A DNA stretch of 64,000 bases. Origin: the human T2T-CHM13v2.0 reference genome, Homo sapiens. Both the position numbers and the translations under genes were made by a program. The notes beneath the pieces were generated by a model, which was given only the letters and a program-made list of their open reading frames with translations, was not told where the DNA came from and did not search any database. Where the stretch lies: assembly GCF_009914755.1 (NCBI RefSeq), contig NC_060927.1; one strand, 5' to 3'. This document shows positions 17,529-33,909 of this stretch, in pieces. Positions within the stretch are counted from its first letter, which is position 1, and each line of letters starts with the position of its first letter.

Positions 17529-17783
17529 TCAGTATCCCAAGTGCAGGTACGCTGGTCTTCCTGCCACCTACATACCTTGATTTTAATCAAGAGACAAGAC
17601 TATAAAAGTTGGTGACTCAGAAGGTGAAAAAAGGGGGAAAAAAGGAAAAAAAAGTCGGCATAAAACATGTTGATCAACAGCCTTTTCTTCCCGCTCATAC
17701 AGGGACAGCCACGCAGGCTGCTTTCAACTCTGCACGATTATAAACAGCCTAAGTGAAAATGTGCTCCGGTCATTAGTACTTAC

Positions 17784-17861
17784 TTCCTGGCTAAGATGTC
17801 TGGCGCCATGGCTTCAGTGGCCTCGGTGTCACTACAGGCATCTTCATCATCCCCCATCATA
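17784..17861 (-). CDS. PPP1R2: Inhibitor-2 coding exon 3
   Basis: CTAG acceptor and GTAAGT donor. 78 nt, encoding MMGDDEDACSDTEATEAMAPDILAR(K). Confidence 0.97.
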
Positions 17862-18087
17862 CTAGTATGACAAGCACATTGTAATTAATACCTGAAACAT
17901 ACATTTTCAGCCACAAAAACAAGGGAGAAAAACAATTCCATCAACCTACTTAACATATCAATATATTTATAGCTCTGTTGATATCTTTGAGGTTTAACTT
18001 TATATAGTTCCTATTCAATACAAATACTTAAAAGTACAGCACCCAATCAAGAAAAGACTCCAAATGATTAAAAAAAACACATAAATA

Positions 18088-18417
18088 CAGTCTGCCTGCC
18101 ATATCCACAGGATCCACATCCATGAATTCAACCGTGGATTGAAAATAGCCAGAGAAAAGTAAAATTTCCTCTGTACTAAACATGTAGACTTTTTTCTTAT
18201 CATTATTCCCTAAATGATACAGTGTGTAACAACTATTTGCACAGTATTTACATTTTATTAGGTAATATAACTAACACAGAGATGATTTAACACATACAGG
18301 AGGATGTGCATAATTATATACATCTACAATGCCATTTTATATCAGAGACTTGAGTGTCTGAGGATTTCGGTATCTGAGGGAGGTCCTGAAACCTCCATGG
18401 ATAATGAGGAATAACTG
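18088..18417 (+). mobile_element. MER2 (TcMar-Tigger) MITE
   Basis: TA|CAGT...ACTG|TA termini with a MER2-like interior (TGTACTAAACATGTAGACTTTTT, ATACAGGAGGATGTGCATA). Confidence 0.8.
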
Positions 18418-19068
18418 TACTGAAAACGTAAATGATCTGGAAAAAAAAATACTACAAAGTTCCAATTATTCCATCCAGTGGGAAGGAACAAGTAATGCAA
18501 AGTAAATCACTGTCTGGTTTTAGAACATGTATTTCTACATCAATCTTAAGATAGAGACAAAAGATCTACGCAGACACAAGACTGAGTAAAGTAACAAAAT
18601 TCGATCCCAAAGATCTAATTTCGGAAGTTTACAAGTGATTTAGCTTTCTCACTCTACCCTCTAATGAAAAATTTGCTCCCCACTTCAATGCAAAAATGGG
18701 CAACCTTAATTCTTAAGCCACTGCAAAGTATATAAAGCAGAACTCAGCTATTTATAAAATACTGCCAGTTTATACATTTCCTGGTTAATTAAGGTGACAA
18801 GTAAGTCTATAGTTTAGATGACGTTCTTTTTTCTAAGGGAAGTTGAAATTGATCTATGTTATTGAGTTTAATCAAGCAAAGTAAGGTAAAATAAACATTT
18901 TGTTAATTTATAGAATCGTTCTATAGAAAATTCTAGTTGTAAAATTTACTGAATTATGTTTATATATGTACATGTATACAGAAGCAATAACTTCTTGTAT
19001 ACTAACTGTGAGATTCTTAGATAATAAGACATGATGTTTCTATAAAAAGCATCTTCACTTAAATAAAA

Positions 19069-20531
<1,463 letters not shown>

Positions 20532-20690
20532 TCAACTATTTTTTTAAATCATGTCTGATCTTAATTCTCCTAGGATACTTATCCCCAACTAACACAAGTG
20601 AGTGACGGATGGCCACTACATTTAGTAAAAAGAAAGTACACTCTGATTTTGGATTCTGGTACAATAAAGGTTTTAATATACATTTTAGAA

Positions 20691-20839
20691 GTTGGGCACG
20701 GTGATGTGTGCCCATAGTCAGCTACCTGGGAGGCGGAGGAGGGAGGATCACTTGAGTCGGGAGTTCCAGGCTGTAGTGTGCTATAACTGTGCCTGTTAAT
20801 AGCCACTGCACTGGGCAACATAGCCAGATCTTGTATCTT
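20691..20839 (+). mobile_element. FAM (fossil Alu monomer)
   Basis: Contains the FAM-type segment GTGCTATAACTGTGCCTGTTAATAGCCACTGCACT. Confidence 0.75.
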
Positions 20840-20954
20840 TTTTTTTTTTTAAGATTTTTAAAGTATATACCTGCAATTTAGGAGAAAAATAAGAATATAA
20901 ACCTCTTTTTAGCATGCGTATTTTTTTTTAACTAATTGTAATTTTATTGTTTTT

Positions 20955-21320
20955 CTTCCCCTCAATTTATTTTTACTTCAATAGGTTTTTGGGAAACAAG
21001 TGGTGTTTGGTTACACAGGTAAGTTCTTCAGTGGTGATTGCTGAGATTTTGGTGCACCCATCACCCGAGCAGTGTACACGGCACCCAATGTGTAGTCTTT
21101 TATCCCTCAACCCCCTCTCACCCCTCCCATCCCCAAAGTCCACTGTATCATTCTTATGCCTTTGCTTAGCTCCCGCTTATAAGTGAGAACATACAAGGTC
21201 TGGTTTTCCATTCCTGGGTTACTTCACTTAGAGTAATGGTCTCCAACTCCATCCAGGTTGCTGTGAATGCCATTATTTTGTTCCTTTTTATATATATTCC
21301 ATGGTACATACATATATACC
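20955..21320 (-). mobile_element. L1PB-type LINE-1 3' fragment
   Basis: GTAAGTTCTTCAGTGGTGATT...GATTTTGGTGCACCCATCACC. The track ORF 21166..21348 gives an L1 ORF2 C-terminal peptide (IMAFTATWMELETITLSEVTQ). Confidence 0.85.
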
Positions 21321-21668
21321 ACAAAAAACTGTGTATTTCTTCACTCAAATTTCATCAGTATTGAGTTTCAGCATCTGTACCTATTTCATTATTTCTTTTT
21401 ATGCTCATCAGTCTTTAATATCTTCAAGTTTTTTATTTTTACTGTTTTTGTTAGTAACAGGTTATTTCAAATTATCTTCCAAAGTTTTCACCCACTGACT
21501 TAAAATACAGTAGTTCTTAACTCTTCTTTCACTACAGAACAAATGGAAACAGCAGTTACCTCTATTTTAATGGTAACTTTTGGATTTATGCTGTCTTAAT
21601 TCAATGACAAAATATTTTAATCTTGGAAATCTTTTATTTTTTTCAATACAAGGTAGGTAGGGCATAAC

Positions 21669-22150
<482 letters not shown>

Positions 22151-22761
22151 TAATTAGGTATCTATACTTATTTAGAATCCTCATCTTCTCATAATGCTTC
22201 TTGCATTATTTTTGTCTTCATACTGGTTACTGCTGCGTAATGTAATTTCACAATTCATTTAGGAAATTCTGAGACTTGAAATTGTCAAAAATTACATGTA
22301 ATGATCTGAACAACAATATTACATTAAGTTAAAAAATGAAGACATAAACAGTAATAATGACACCTATCTTTCAGTGGGTTACCATCCATGCAGTTATGCT
22401 TCTCTGCAAAGAGACTGAGTAAACCCCAGATTTCTACTTGGGAAGCAAACAAGCCCATATCTCATCTTCCTTTCATGGAAGTTAAAACTAATATATGCAC
22501 CATTAGTAGCTAGCAACCACTGAGGTGCAACAAATAAACATTTACTACTACCATTATAATGTACAAAATGGCTTTCTTAATTTTAAACTTACACATCACT
22601 TAAACCATTACTAAACAAATTGCAGTTAGGTTACTGACTTCACTAGTGCTCCAGTAACAAATCTACAATAAAACAAATTCAAATAGGCTGTTATCCAGAC
22701 GTTCATATGAAATGCAAAATGGAAGTAAGTCACAAGAGGAATGACGTCTACGTAACATTAC

Positions 22762-22869
22762 CTATGGTAAGGAGTGCTTGGTTCATCTATTTTCATTAAA
22801 CCATAGTCTTTGTCTGCTGGATGATACGTCGCCAAGATGTTCATTTCATCCCACTTCTGGGATTTTTTG
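22762..22869 (-). CDS. PPP1R2: Inhibitor-2 coding exon 2
   Basis: TTTTAG acceptor and GTAATG donor. 108 nt, encoding (S)[35 protein letters not shown](S), with the KSQKW PP1-binding site and the PxTP phosphosite. Confidence 0.98.
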
Positions 22870-23472
22870 CTAAAATTAAAAAGAAAAAACGTTTTTCCCA
22901 ATGCAGAAAAAGATAAACCTGAATATCAAAATTCACAAATGTCCAAATTTAACATTTCAACTTCTATTTGATGGCCAACCTCTATTTTCACATATACTTT
23001 CTTGGAATAGAAGCTGACTCAGGGTAAAAACCATTAAGTAACTACAATAAAATGTCAGTAAATATAGAACACCTAGTGCCCACATATTAAAAACACAATA
23101 TTTAGTATCTATATCAGGCATTCAAAACATTACCATACTATGACATGCTTAGCCTTCATTTGGCCTATAAAATAATGCAAGTCAAAATCTATACATTCGC
23201 TGAAGTCAGTAGGCATTTTTGATCTATATATCAGTAACTGTTCGGTAAAAAACACAACAGGAGTACTTCCTTGGCATAATTTCTTTCTGGGATATCTGTT
23301 AACACTCAGAACATAAAGATTCAAAGCATAAAACTACAGAGAAAACCTCATCAAACTCAGACACCACTAAATCATTAGATTGCAAATAAATTACAGCTCT
23401 GTTTATTTCTAATCTAGAAAAATAAAGGTTTGCTCAGAAATGGTGTATTCAAACCTACTTGAAGAGCAATAG

Positions 23473-24090
<618 letters not shown>

Positions 24091-24574
24091 TATAAGTACT
24101 TTAGAAACATCTGTTAAATTTCATGCAATGAAGTATTTGCACAACTATTAAGGTGCTCGATAATTAAATGCTTTCATTTTAAATGCTTACATACTCCTTA
24201 AAAAAGACCTCAAAGACCTTTCTACAAGCCAACATTATTTTGTTACATATAGTTTGTTACTTAGTATGTACTTGGAAAAACCTGCCTTAAAAAGAATCAA
24301 TGTAAATGTTACACTGATTTAAATAATGCTTTCCACATTTGGTCTAAATTGTTAAGGTTTTACTGCAGGTATTTTCAATTTCCCAGATCCTGAAATACCC
24401 TTTAAGAATAACATACTCAACATTTTAATAACATATTCCCTTTTCCATACTCTCAAAATGGTTTGATGAGTTACCTTAAAAATTATACAGGCCTACTCTT
24501 GCAGGTGACTTCGTATTCTTTTGCTTTCTACCCTAATATACCCACAGTGTCCCCATTTCGGACTAAGCACTTTT

Positions 24575-25319
24575 TTTCTTCATTTTTTAAAATTGTGGTA
24601 AAACATACATAAAATTCACCATTTTAACCTTTTTGTTTTTTGGTTAATCTTCCCTGTATCATTCCAATTTTAGTGCACGTGCTCCTGAAGTAAGCACTAG
24701 CCATTACGAAGTGTACAATTCTATGGCATTAAGAACATCACATCATTGTGCAAGCATCACCACCATTCATCTCCAGAACTTTTTCATCTTCCCCAACTGA
24801 AACTGTACTCATTAAGTACTAACTCCCCACTCTCCCCAGCCCCTAGACCTGGCAACCACCATTCTACTTCTATCTCTAGAAATGTGACCACTCTAGGTAC
24901 CTCGCAGAAGCAAAATCATGAAGTATTTGTCCTTTTGTGACTGGCGTATCTCACTAAGCATAATGTCTTCAAGGTTCATTCATATTGTAGCATGTGTCAG
25001 AATGTCTCTCTTTTTTTAAGAGACTGGGTCTCTGTCACCCCAGGCTAGAGTAAAGTGGCATGATCATAGTTCACTGCAGTCTCGAACTCCTGGACTCAAG
25101 TGATCCTCCTGCCTCAGCCTCCTGACTAGGTGGGACCACAGGTACGCACCACCATGCCCAGCTAATTTTTCTTTTTCTTTTTCTTTTTTTTTTTTTTTTT
25201 TTTACAGGTGGAGTCTTGCTATGTTGTCAGGCTGGTATCAAACTCCTGGCCTCAAGCAATTCCCCTGCCTCAGCCTCCCAAAGTACTGGAATTACAGGTA
25301 TGAGCCACCACACCTGGCC
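24575..25319 (-). mobile_element. L1MB-type fragment (24575-25010, interrupted by the U6 copy) followed by an AluJ
   Basis: CATCTCCAGAACTTTTTCATCTTCCCCAACTGAAACT and CCTGGCAACCACCATTCTACTTTC-like motifs; Alu at 25010-25319. Confidence 0.8.
24642..24697 (-). pseudogene. 3'-truncated U6 snRNA retrocopy in PPP1R2 intron 1
   Basis: The minus strand reads GTGCTTACTTCAGGAGCACGTGCACTAAAATTGGAATGATACAGGGAAGATTAACC, matching U6 nt 1 to ~55, followed by an A-rich tail. It interrupts an L1 fragment. Confidence 0.88.
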
Positions 25320-25615
25320 ATAATCAAATTAATATGTCCTTAGTATTTGAAAAAAGTCACCTGCCAGGAGTGGGACTGTGTAATTTTTAAGGGAACTCAT
25401 CACACTCTTCTGGGACTGAACTAGACTGGGTAAACAGAGCTTGCTTTAACAATACCGATGTCTTCAGATGCCTAGGCTTCTGCCTGTCACATAGTTGAGC
25501 TTGTGGCAGAAAACAAAAAACAAATTTAACCGGGAGACAGACACTGAAGGTTCAAGTTTCAGTTACCCTTTACTATAGAGAAGCCAAAAAAAAATCTTCT
25601 CTTGGACTCTATTTA

Positions 25616-28600
25616 TAGTTGACCCTTGAATATTATGAGTTTGAACTGTGTGGGTCCACTTATATGCGGATTTTTTTTCAACAAATCTACTGGAAATTTT
25701 TTTGGAGGCTTGTGACAATTTGAAGAAACTCAGATAAACCACATAGCCCAGAAATATTTAAAAAAACCTTAAAAGTTAGTTATGTCATAAGTGCATTATA
25801 CATAGAGAATAGTCTACTTTATCATTTACTACCATAAAATATTCACAAGCCTAGTTAAAATGTAACGTTAAAATTTATCAAAACATGCACATACAACACA
25901 TGGTGTTGGATCTGCAGTTGGATCATAACTGCATAAAATTAACTACAGTACATACTATTCTATGTCACAGTTTCACAGCTATCTCTTGTTGCTACTGCAG
26001 TCTCCTCAAGTGTTGCAAGTTTGCTTAAAATGCTCTATGATGCGGCCAGGCACGTCTGTAATCCCAGCACTTTGGGAGGCTGAGGCAGGTGGATCACTTG
26101 AGGTTAGGCGCTCGAGACCAGCCTAGCCAACATGGTGAAACCCCGTCTCTACCAAAAATACAAAAAAATTAGGCATGGTGGCTTGCGCTTGTAGTCCTAG
26201 CTACTCAGGAGGCTGATGCAGAAGAATCACTTGAACCCGGGAGGCAGGGGTTGCAGTGAGCTGAGATCATGCCACTGCACTCCAGCCTGGGCAACAGAGT
26301 AAGACTCTGCCTCAGGAAAAAAAAAAAAAAAAGCTCTATGATGCTAGTTGTTTCAGTGTGAGTAGTTTGTTGCTCCAGTAAATTGCCTGTTGCAATAAAA
26401 AGTGATCTGTCTTGGTTTTTGAGTATTTTTTATCCTATTTAGTGCAATATTGTAAACCTTGAGTAACACCATGGGAGTCATACAAAATGCCACTAGAGAT
26501 GCTGGAAGCATTCCCAAGAAGCAAAGTTGTGACATTACAAGAAAAAGTAGAACGCTTGATGAGTACCTTAGATGGAGCTCTGCAACTGCGGCTGCCCATC
26601 ATTTAAACATGAATCCACCATAAAGACCATTGTAAAAATAAAATCAAATAAAAGGAAATTCACAAAGCTGTCACTGCAGTAGCGATACCAGCATGAAAAC
26701 CTTGCATATTTTGTGAAGTGCCTTTTGTATTGCCGATGCATCTTTTATGTGAGTGCAGGATTGTACAAGACTATAGACTCTAATATGATTTGAGAAAAAA
26801 TGATGTCACTATATGATAACTTAAAGCAAAAAGAAGGTGAAGAATCTAAAGTTGGAGAATTTAATGCGAGCAAACAATGGTTTGATAATTTTAGAAAGAG
26901 GTTTGGCTTTAAAATTACAAGATAACAGAGAAGCAGCTTCTGCCAACCAACAGGCTGCAGACGAGTTCCCAGAGGCCATTAAGAAAATCACTAATGAGAA
27001 AGGGCCAGGTGCAATGGCTCACACCTGTAATCCCACACTTTGGGAGGCTGAGGCAGGAGGATCTCTTGAGCCCAGGAGTTTGAGAACAGCTTGGGCAACC
27101 ATAGTGAGACACTATCTCTACAAAAAATTTTTAAAATTAGCCAGGCATGATGGCACACACACACCTGCAGTCCCAGCTACTTGGGGGTGGCCTGAAGTGG
27201 GAGGATCACCTGAGCCCAGGAGGTCAAGGCTGCAGTGAGCCATCTGCAATCGAGCCACTGTAATCCAGCCTGGGTGGCAAAGTGAGACTGTCCAGAAAAA
27301 GAAAAAATTATTAAGGAGAAAGGACATCTGATCTGCCTGTACAGGTTTTTAATGAGAATAAAAGTGCCTGATTCTGGGGAAAAAAATGCCACAAAGGACA
27401 TTTATTTATAAGAAAAGAGAAGCAAGCATCAGGATTTAAGGCAGGAAGGGACAGGCTAACTCTACTGTCTTGTGCCAATGCAGTAGGGTTTATGATCAGA
27501 ACTGTCCTTAACTATAAAGCTGCTAACCCCGGAGCCTTGAAGGGAAAAGATAAACACCAGCTGCCAGTCTTGTGGTTGTAGAAGGTCTGGACAACGAGAA
27601 CCCTCCTGGTTCCGTCCATGTTCTGTCCCCAGGGTAAGGAAGTACCTTGCCAATACAGAACTGCTTTTAAAAAAAAAAGAGAGATAGGGCATTACTCCAT
27701 CGCCCAGGCTGGAGTGCAGTGGCACAATCATAGCTCACTGCAGCCTCGAACTCCTGGGCTTAAGTGATGTGACTGTGTCAGCCACCTGAGCAGCTAGGGC
27801 TGCAGGCTCAAGCCATGTGCCTGGCAGTAAAGTACCTTTTAAAGTTGTTTTGATTCTGGACAATGTCTCTCTTTGGCCACCTATGAACCCTATGAGTTCA
27901 ACCCTATAAAGGTGTCAAGGTGGTTTACTCGTCCTCAAACACAACATCTCCAATTTAACCTCTAGATCGGGGGTCACAGAGGACCTTTAAGATTCAGCAC
28001 ACATGGCACTCTACGCAGTGGTCCCCAACCTTTTTAGCACCAGTGAGCGGTTTCGGGAAAGACAACTTTTGCGTGGTGTGGGGTCGGGTGGGAAGGTTTC
28101 AGGATGAAACTGTTCCACCTCAGATCATCAGGCATTAGACTCTCATAAGGAGTGGGCGACCTAGAGCCCGCGCATGCACAGTTCACAATAGGGTTCACAC
28201 TCCTATGAGAATCTAATGTCACCATTGATCTGACAGGAGGTGGAGCTCAGGCACCTGCCACGTGGCCTGGGGTGTGGGGATCCTTGCTCTATGGAAAAGA
28301 CTGTCAACCCTCATGGAGAACATCATGAAAGTCTGGAAGGGTTTCACCACTGTGTATGCCATTGTTGTTACAGAAAAAGCTAAGAAAGCTGTCAAGTCTC
28401 AAACAATGAATTCCTGCTCGAGAAAACTGTATCCAGATATTACGCATGACTTCACGGGATTTACGACAGTGCCAATCAAGGAACTAATGAGATTGTGGAT
28501 TATTTGGTGGGGGTGAAGGGTTTCAAGATATGGATCCTGAAATTCAAGAGCTAATAGACATCACACCAGAGGAATTAACAGAAGATGATTTGATAGAGAT

Positions 28601-29144
28601 GAGTGCTTCTGAATCAGTGCCAGAGGATACGGAAGAATATGTAGAAGAAGCAAAGCCAGGAAACAAATTGACACTAGACAATCTGACAAAGAGTTCTATT
28701 TGAGACTGCTTGGCTTATTTTACAACATGGACGCTTTTATGATATGGACACTGAAACTAAACAGTAGAAGGAAGATTATTAGTACCACATAGAAGCATCT
28801 TAAGAGAAACGAAAAAGCACAAAAGTTAGGCATAAATTATGATGTATTTTTGTAAAGTTACACCAAGTGAGCCTGCCTCTCCTTCTATCGCCTTTATCAC
28901 CCAAGACAGTGAGACCAACCCCTCCTCCTCCTCAGCCTGCTCAATGTGAAAGACCACCAGGATAAAGATCTTTATGATGATCCACTTCCTTACGATTTTA
29001 ACATTTTCTTTTCTCTAGCTTACTGTATTATAAGAACGTAGTAACATAATACTTGTAACATACAAAACATGTAGTTAATCAATTGTTTATATTACCTGTA
29101 AGGCTTTCAGTCAACAGGAGGCTACCAGTAGTTAAGTTTTGGGG

Positions 29145-29146
<2 letters not shown>
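25616..29146 (+). mobile_element. Near-full-length Tigger2 DNA transposon, decayed, interrupted by three Alus and a MER1
   Basis: Left end TA|TAGTTGACCCTTGAA...GGGTCCACTTATATGCGGATTTTT. Pogo/Tigger transposase remnants include ENIMKVWKGFT...HDFTGFT (ORF 28262) and ELIDITPEELTEDDLIEM. Alus at 26044-26332 (TSD GCTCTATGATGC), 27003-27307 and 27668-27826. Confidence 0.85.
28016..28286 (+). mobile_element. MER1B-like hAT MITE nested in Tigger2
   Basis: CAGTGGTCCCCAACC...GGGGATCCTTG termini flanked by CTCTACG / CTCTATG. Confidence 0.82.
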
Positions 29147-29777
<631 letters not shown>

Positions 29778-30449
29778 GACAACGACGACAACTGATCATC
29801 GTTGCTTAGGATAAAAAAAAGAATGAGGAAAGACCTCTGGAGTTTAAAAAGTATCTCTAATGGGAAAGAAAGAACGCCACATCCTGTAAATATTTTTTGC
29901 AAGATAAGGATTGAAGAAAAAGAACTACAGAACACAAGCAGAAATTAAGTTTTCTTGAAATTAAAAATAAAATTTAATAAACGCAATCCCAGCACCCTAA
30001 GCCATTCGTAATTTTGATTTCAGCATATTCTTCCCTTTGTATAATACATATAAATATGTATAAGCTATCAAAACATAAAAATATATATAACTATACATAT
30101 AAAACAGTACATACAGTATATATACAATACATATGCTGATATATAAGTTTTAAGTATATGTAGTATAAGTTGCTTGTGTTTTCTTTTTACCTTCTTAATG
30201 ACTGTATAAGATTCATTTAGATTGATAACCTAAATAAGTTTTCCTATTTAAAATAAGGCAGACATGAACATATTTGTATATAAGCTATTCAATGCTGTTT
30301 TAAAGAAAATTTGCTAGTGTAAGAGTCTGAATTAAAGTTTATTAAGAACTTTATAGTTCACTCCATGTTGCCATACAGATTTTTTTTTAAAAAAAGAGGA
30401 CTGTTTGGAACGTCCCCAGTAAATTACCAAACCATTGCTAGGATTAGCT

Positions 30450-30453
<4 letters not shown>

Positions 30454-30523
<70 letters not shown>
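30454..30523. repeat. (TG)35 perfect microsatellite
   Basis: 70 nt of uninterrupted TG. Confidence 0.97.
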
Positions 30524-30526
<3 letters not shown>

Positions 30527-32440
30527 CCATTTCAGCAGGTATAAAACAGTATTTTAAAACTGTTGTTTCTTTGCCTAATTTCCTCATGTGAATTATGTTT
30601 ACATCCTTTGCCTATCAGAAATCTTCCCATAAATTTGAGCTCTTTAGATTTATATAAACCACATTTTATATAACTTCAATTTTTCCCAGTTTGTTTGCCA
30701 TTTAGTTTACTTTCTTCTGTAAATGAAATTTTAAGTTCTAAATATTCAAAGTCTCACTCAACTTGTTTTCTCAACAGAACACTAACAGAAAAAAAAATTA
30801 GTACAATTATTCAGATCCAAAAAAAGACAACAATAGCTTGCAAAAACAAGCATTTAAATAAGGGTATTACAAAACAGACTCCAAAAATGCTAGGAAATCT
30901 TCGAAAGTTAGTGAAGTAGAAGAAACTGTCAGCAGGGGACACTGGATATGAAAGTCGGCATCTCTAAAGTGATGGCAGAATTAACATTAGTTGTGGAATA
31001 GCAAAACCCAAGGAGTGAGCCTGAGCTTAATCCCAGTACCATCATGAACTGTATGACCTCCTTTGAGGTCAGTATCCCTGCAGACAAAAATAGGGGCACC
31101 ACCATTTACATGGCAGATCTGCCATGATGGTGAAAGCACCTGCTGGTTTCAGTTTTCCCCCACCCTCTTGGGTGACTGGTTTTCCTACAGCCTAAATCTG
31201 GTGCTGAAAACGTCACCGCTTCTCACTTTTACTTTGTTAGCTCATATGGTGCCACCTTAAGAAGACCTACTGGAACTTCTTGTTGCTTGTGACTTGCTCA
31301 TTTGATAAGTTGTGACTGTGTCTGGAATGGGAAGCAAGATTTTGCTTCAAGGTGATTTAACTTTAATTGCACATTTCAAGAAATGGTTCTTTCTTTAAAT
31401 GAAGATTCAACTTATATAGATTGACACAATATAAGACTTCGAAGCCTGATATCGTTACTGAACAATTAAAGTAAGACTTAACAATAAAAGCAATTACAAG
31501 TAAGCAAAAAGTAACTTTTAGAAAACAAACTTTTTATTTTACTCAGTAAACCTCTGACTATAATATTCCACATCCCTTTATAGGCAGAAAAAGACAAAGT
31601 TGAAGCTTGTTTATATCTTAAATTACATCAAAGGAAATTAAGGCATAATTTTTTCAAGCAGAATTTGCCTGCATTATCTAAGACTACTATAGAATTTGAA
31701 TTGAACAGAATAGTGAACTCCAAACCAGACTGTGTAAAAACCCCGCTGAGATATGGAAAAAATGAATTTCTATATTTATTTCTATTACAATAAGACTAAC
31801 ATTTGAGGGTAAGGCACTGGGTTAAGCACTTTACATTTATTAATTCATTTAATATTTAAACTAAGGCACAGATATAATGAATAATTCACTGAAAATCACA
31901 ACTAATAAAGTTTGCTAATAAGCAGCAGACAAGATTCAAACCCAGGCAATCTGGCACCAGATTAACCACTAAACTATAATCCTTCTCAAATGATAGGCTT
32001 TAGCAATATTTACTGTCATATTTTCAATAATTCCCAAAACACATTTTTTACATTTTCACATCTCTGAAAAAGAACATGTCTTAAAAGGATGGCATCTTAT
32101 AATCATAGCTGGCAGTATTTTTTCTTCCTGGATAGTACATCTTAGAATCAACAGTGTCTTCTTTTCATTAAGATACACATATGTACTCACTAGGCCTGCT
32201 AAATTAGACCTTCATAAGTTGTGCCCTATATTCAAGGTATCCTGAAAGAATGGGAAGTCCACAATGATCGAAGATGACAGTGGTGTTTAAAACAGCTGAA
32301 TGCTGTGGTGCAATGTACTGAGATTTATCTATACTTAGTTATGTGGATTTATGGATTCTATCCAGTTTTAATTTAACCCTCAAAAATTGGTATCTGACAA
32401 ATGGTACCTGTAGAAACCACTCATTAAAGACATAAGTACT

Positions 32441-32703
32441 GGTGGGGCATGGTGGCTCTCACCTGTAATCCCAGCACTCTGGGAGGCAGGCAGATCACTT
32501 GAGCCCAGGAGTTTGAGACCAGCCTGAGCAATATACTAAAACCCCATCTCTACAAAAAATACAAAAATTAGCTGGGTGTGGTGGCCTGAGGTGGGACAAT
32601 CATTTGAGAGCAGGAGATGGAGGCTGCAGTGCGCTGTGATCGTGCCACCGTACTCCAGCCCAGGTGGCAGAATGAGATCTTGTCTCAAAAATAAACAAAA
32701 AAA
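32441..32703 (+). mobile_element. Alu with internal deletions
   Basis: Alu arms with a TSD resembling AAAGACATAAGTACT / AAAGACGTAAGCACT. Confidence 0.85.
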
Positions 32704-33072
32704 GACGTAAGCACTAATGCAAAGTATAAACAATAAGAAAATAACAGCACTGAGTCATCTAAAAAAATAAAACCCCCCTCAATGATGGTTTGATCGGTCC
32801 TGACAATTGGATAAAAAAATAGAAATGCTAGACTATCTGAATATGGCTTTATATAAACCTCACTTTAAGTGGACATTGAGTTTTGAGAATTATCTAATGA
32901 TAGTAGTACATCCATATATGAATTACAGACATATATCTGAAGTATGTTTGAATTCTATTTTTAAAAATTCCTTGGTAATATTTACGTAAAATAACATCCT
33001 CTCACAACTGGGGGATGGGTAGGAGTCAAACTATCATCGCATTTTACACAACGAAGACACCTATAAAAGGTA

Positions 33073-33432
33073 GGGTTCATTCTCATTATTCTCTGATTCT
33101 TTCTTTGCAAGTTTACCTACTTGCTAAAATGTGTAATCCCAAAACTAGCATTTGAGGTCCGTTAGCAGTTGCTCACAGACAGCCACAGAGCAGGGCAGAT
33201 TCTGAGTTGCCCAGTGCACCGTTCACAGCCGAGGTAGCATGTTCCCAGATGGGGTCAAACAAGGCGACGCTCTGCTTTCTTGTTTCAGCTCTTGTACTGT
33301 AAACAAGTGTCCTTTTCGTGGCCTATTTAGGGTCCTTTCCTGCATTTTTGTTGGTGAATCTGGTGTGTAAAATGGCTCCCAAGTGTAAAGGGCTATTTGG
33401 TATTGGCTGAATTTGTGGAGGGGGCCAACTGT
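33073..33432 (+). mobile_element. MER82-like Tigger-family element
   Basis: AACAAGGCGACGCTCTGCTTTCTTGTTTCAGCTCTTGTACTGTAAACAAGTGTCC. Confidence 0.7.
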
Positions 33433-33503
33433 ATATTTATTGTTTCTGTTCAAAGAGGATCTCATAAAGTTTGCATGACTTGTGACAAATAATAATGTAT
33501 ATT

Positions 33504-33909
33504 TGGTATGGTTTGAACGTTTGTCCTCTCTGAAACTCACGTTGAAACTTGATCTCCAATGTGGCAGTGTGGAGAGGCACAGCTTTTAAAAGGTGACTGG
33601 GTCATGAGGGCTCTGCTCTGATGAATGGATTAATCTATTCACGGATTAATGGGTTATCAAGTGAGTGGTTCTGGTGGCTTTATAAGAAGAGGAAGAGAGA
33701 CCTGAGCTGGCACGCTCAGCTTCCTTGCCATGTGATGCCCTGCACCACCTTGGAACTCCACAGAGTCCCCACCAGCAAAAACGCTCTCACCAGATGCACC
33801 CTTAAGACCCTGGACTTCCAAGCCTCCAGAACCATAAGAAATAAATTCAGTTTCTTATAAATTATCATTTCAGACATTCTGTTATGACCAACAGAAAACA
33901 GACTAAGAC
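33504..33909 (+). mobile_element. MaLR solo LTR (MSTC/MSTD-like)
   Basis: TGGTATGGTTTGAACGTTTGTCC ... CAGAACCATAAGAAATAAATT ... ACAGAAAACAGACTAAGAC. Confidence 0.82.

Noticed and set aside
26837-28516. Possible domesticated TIGD-like transposase
   Set aside because: Broken by stops, frameshifts and Alu/MER1 insertions.
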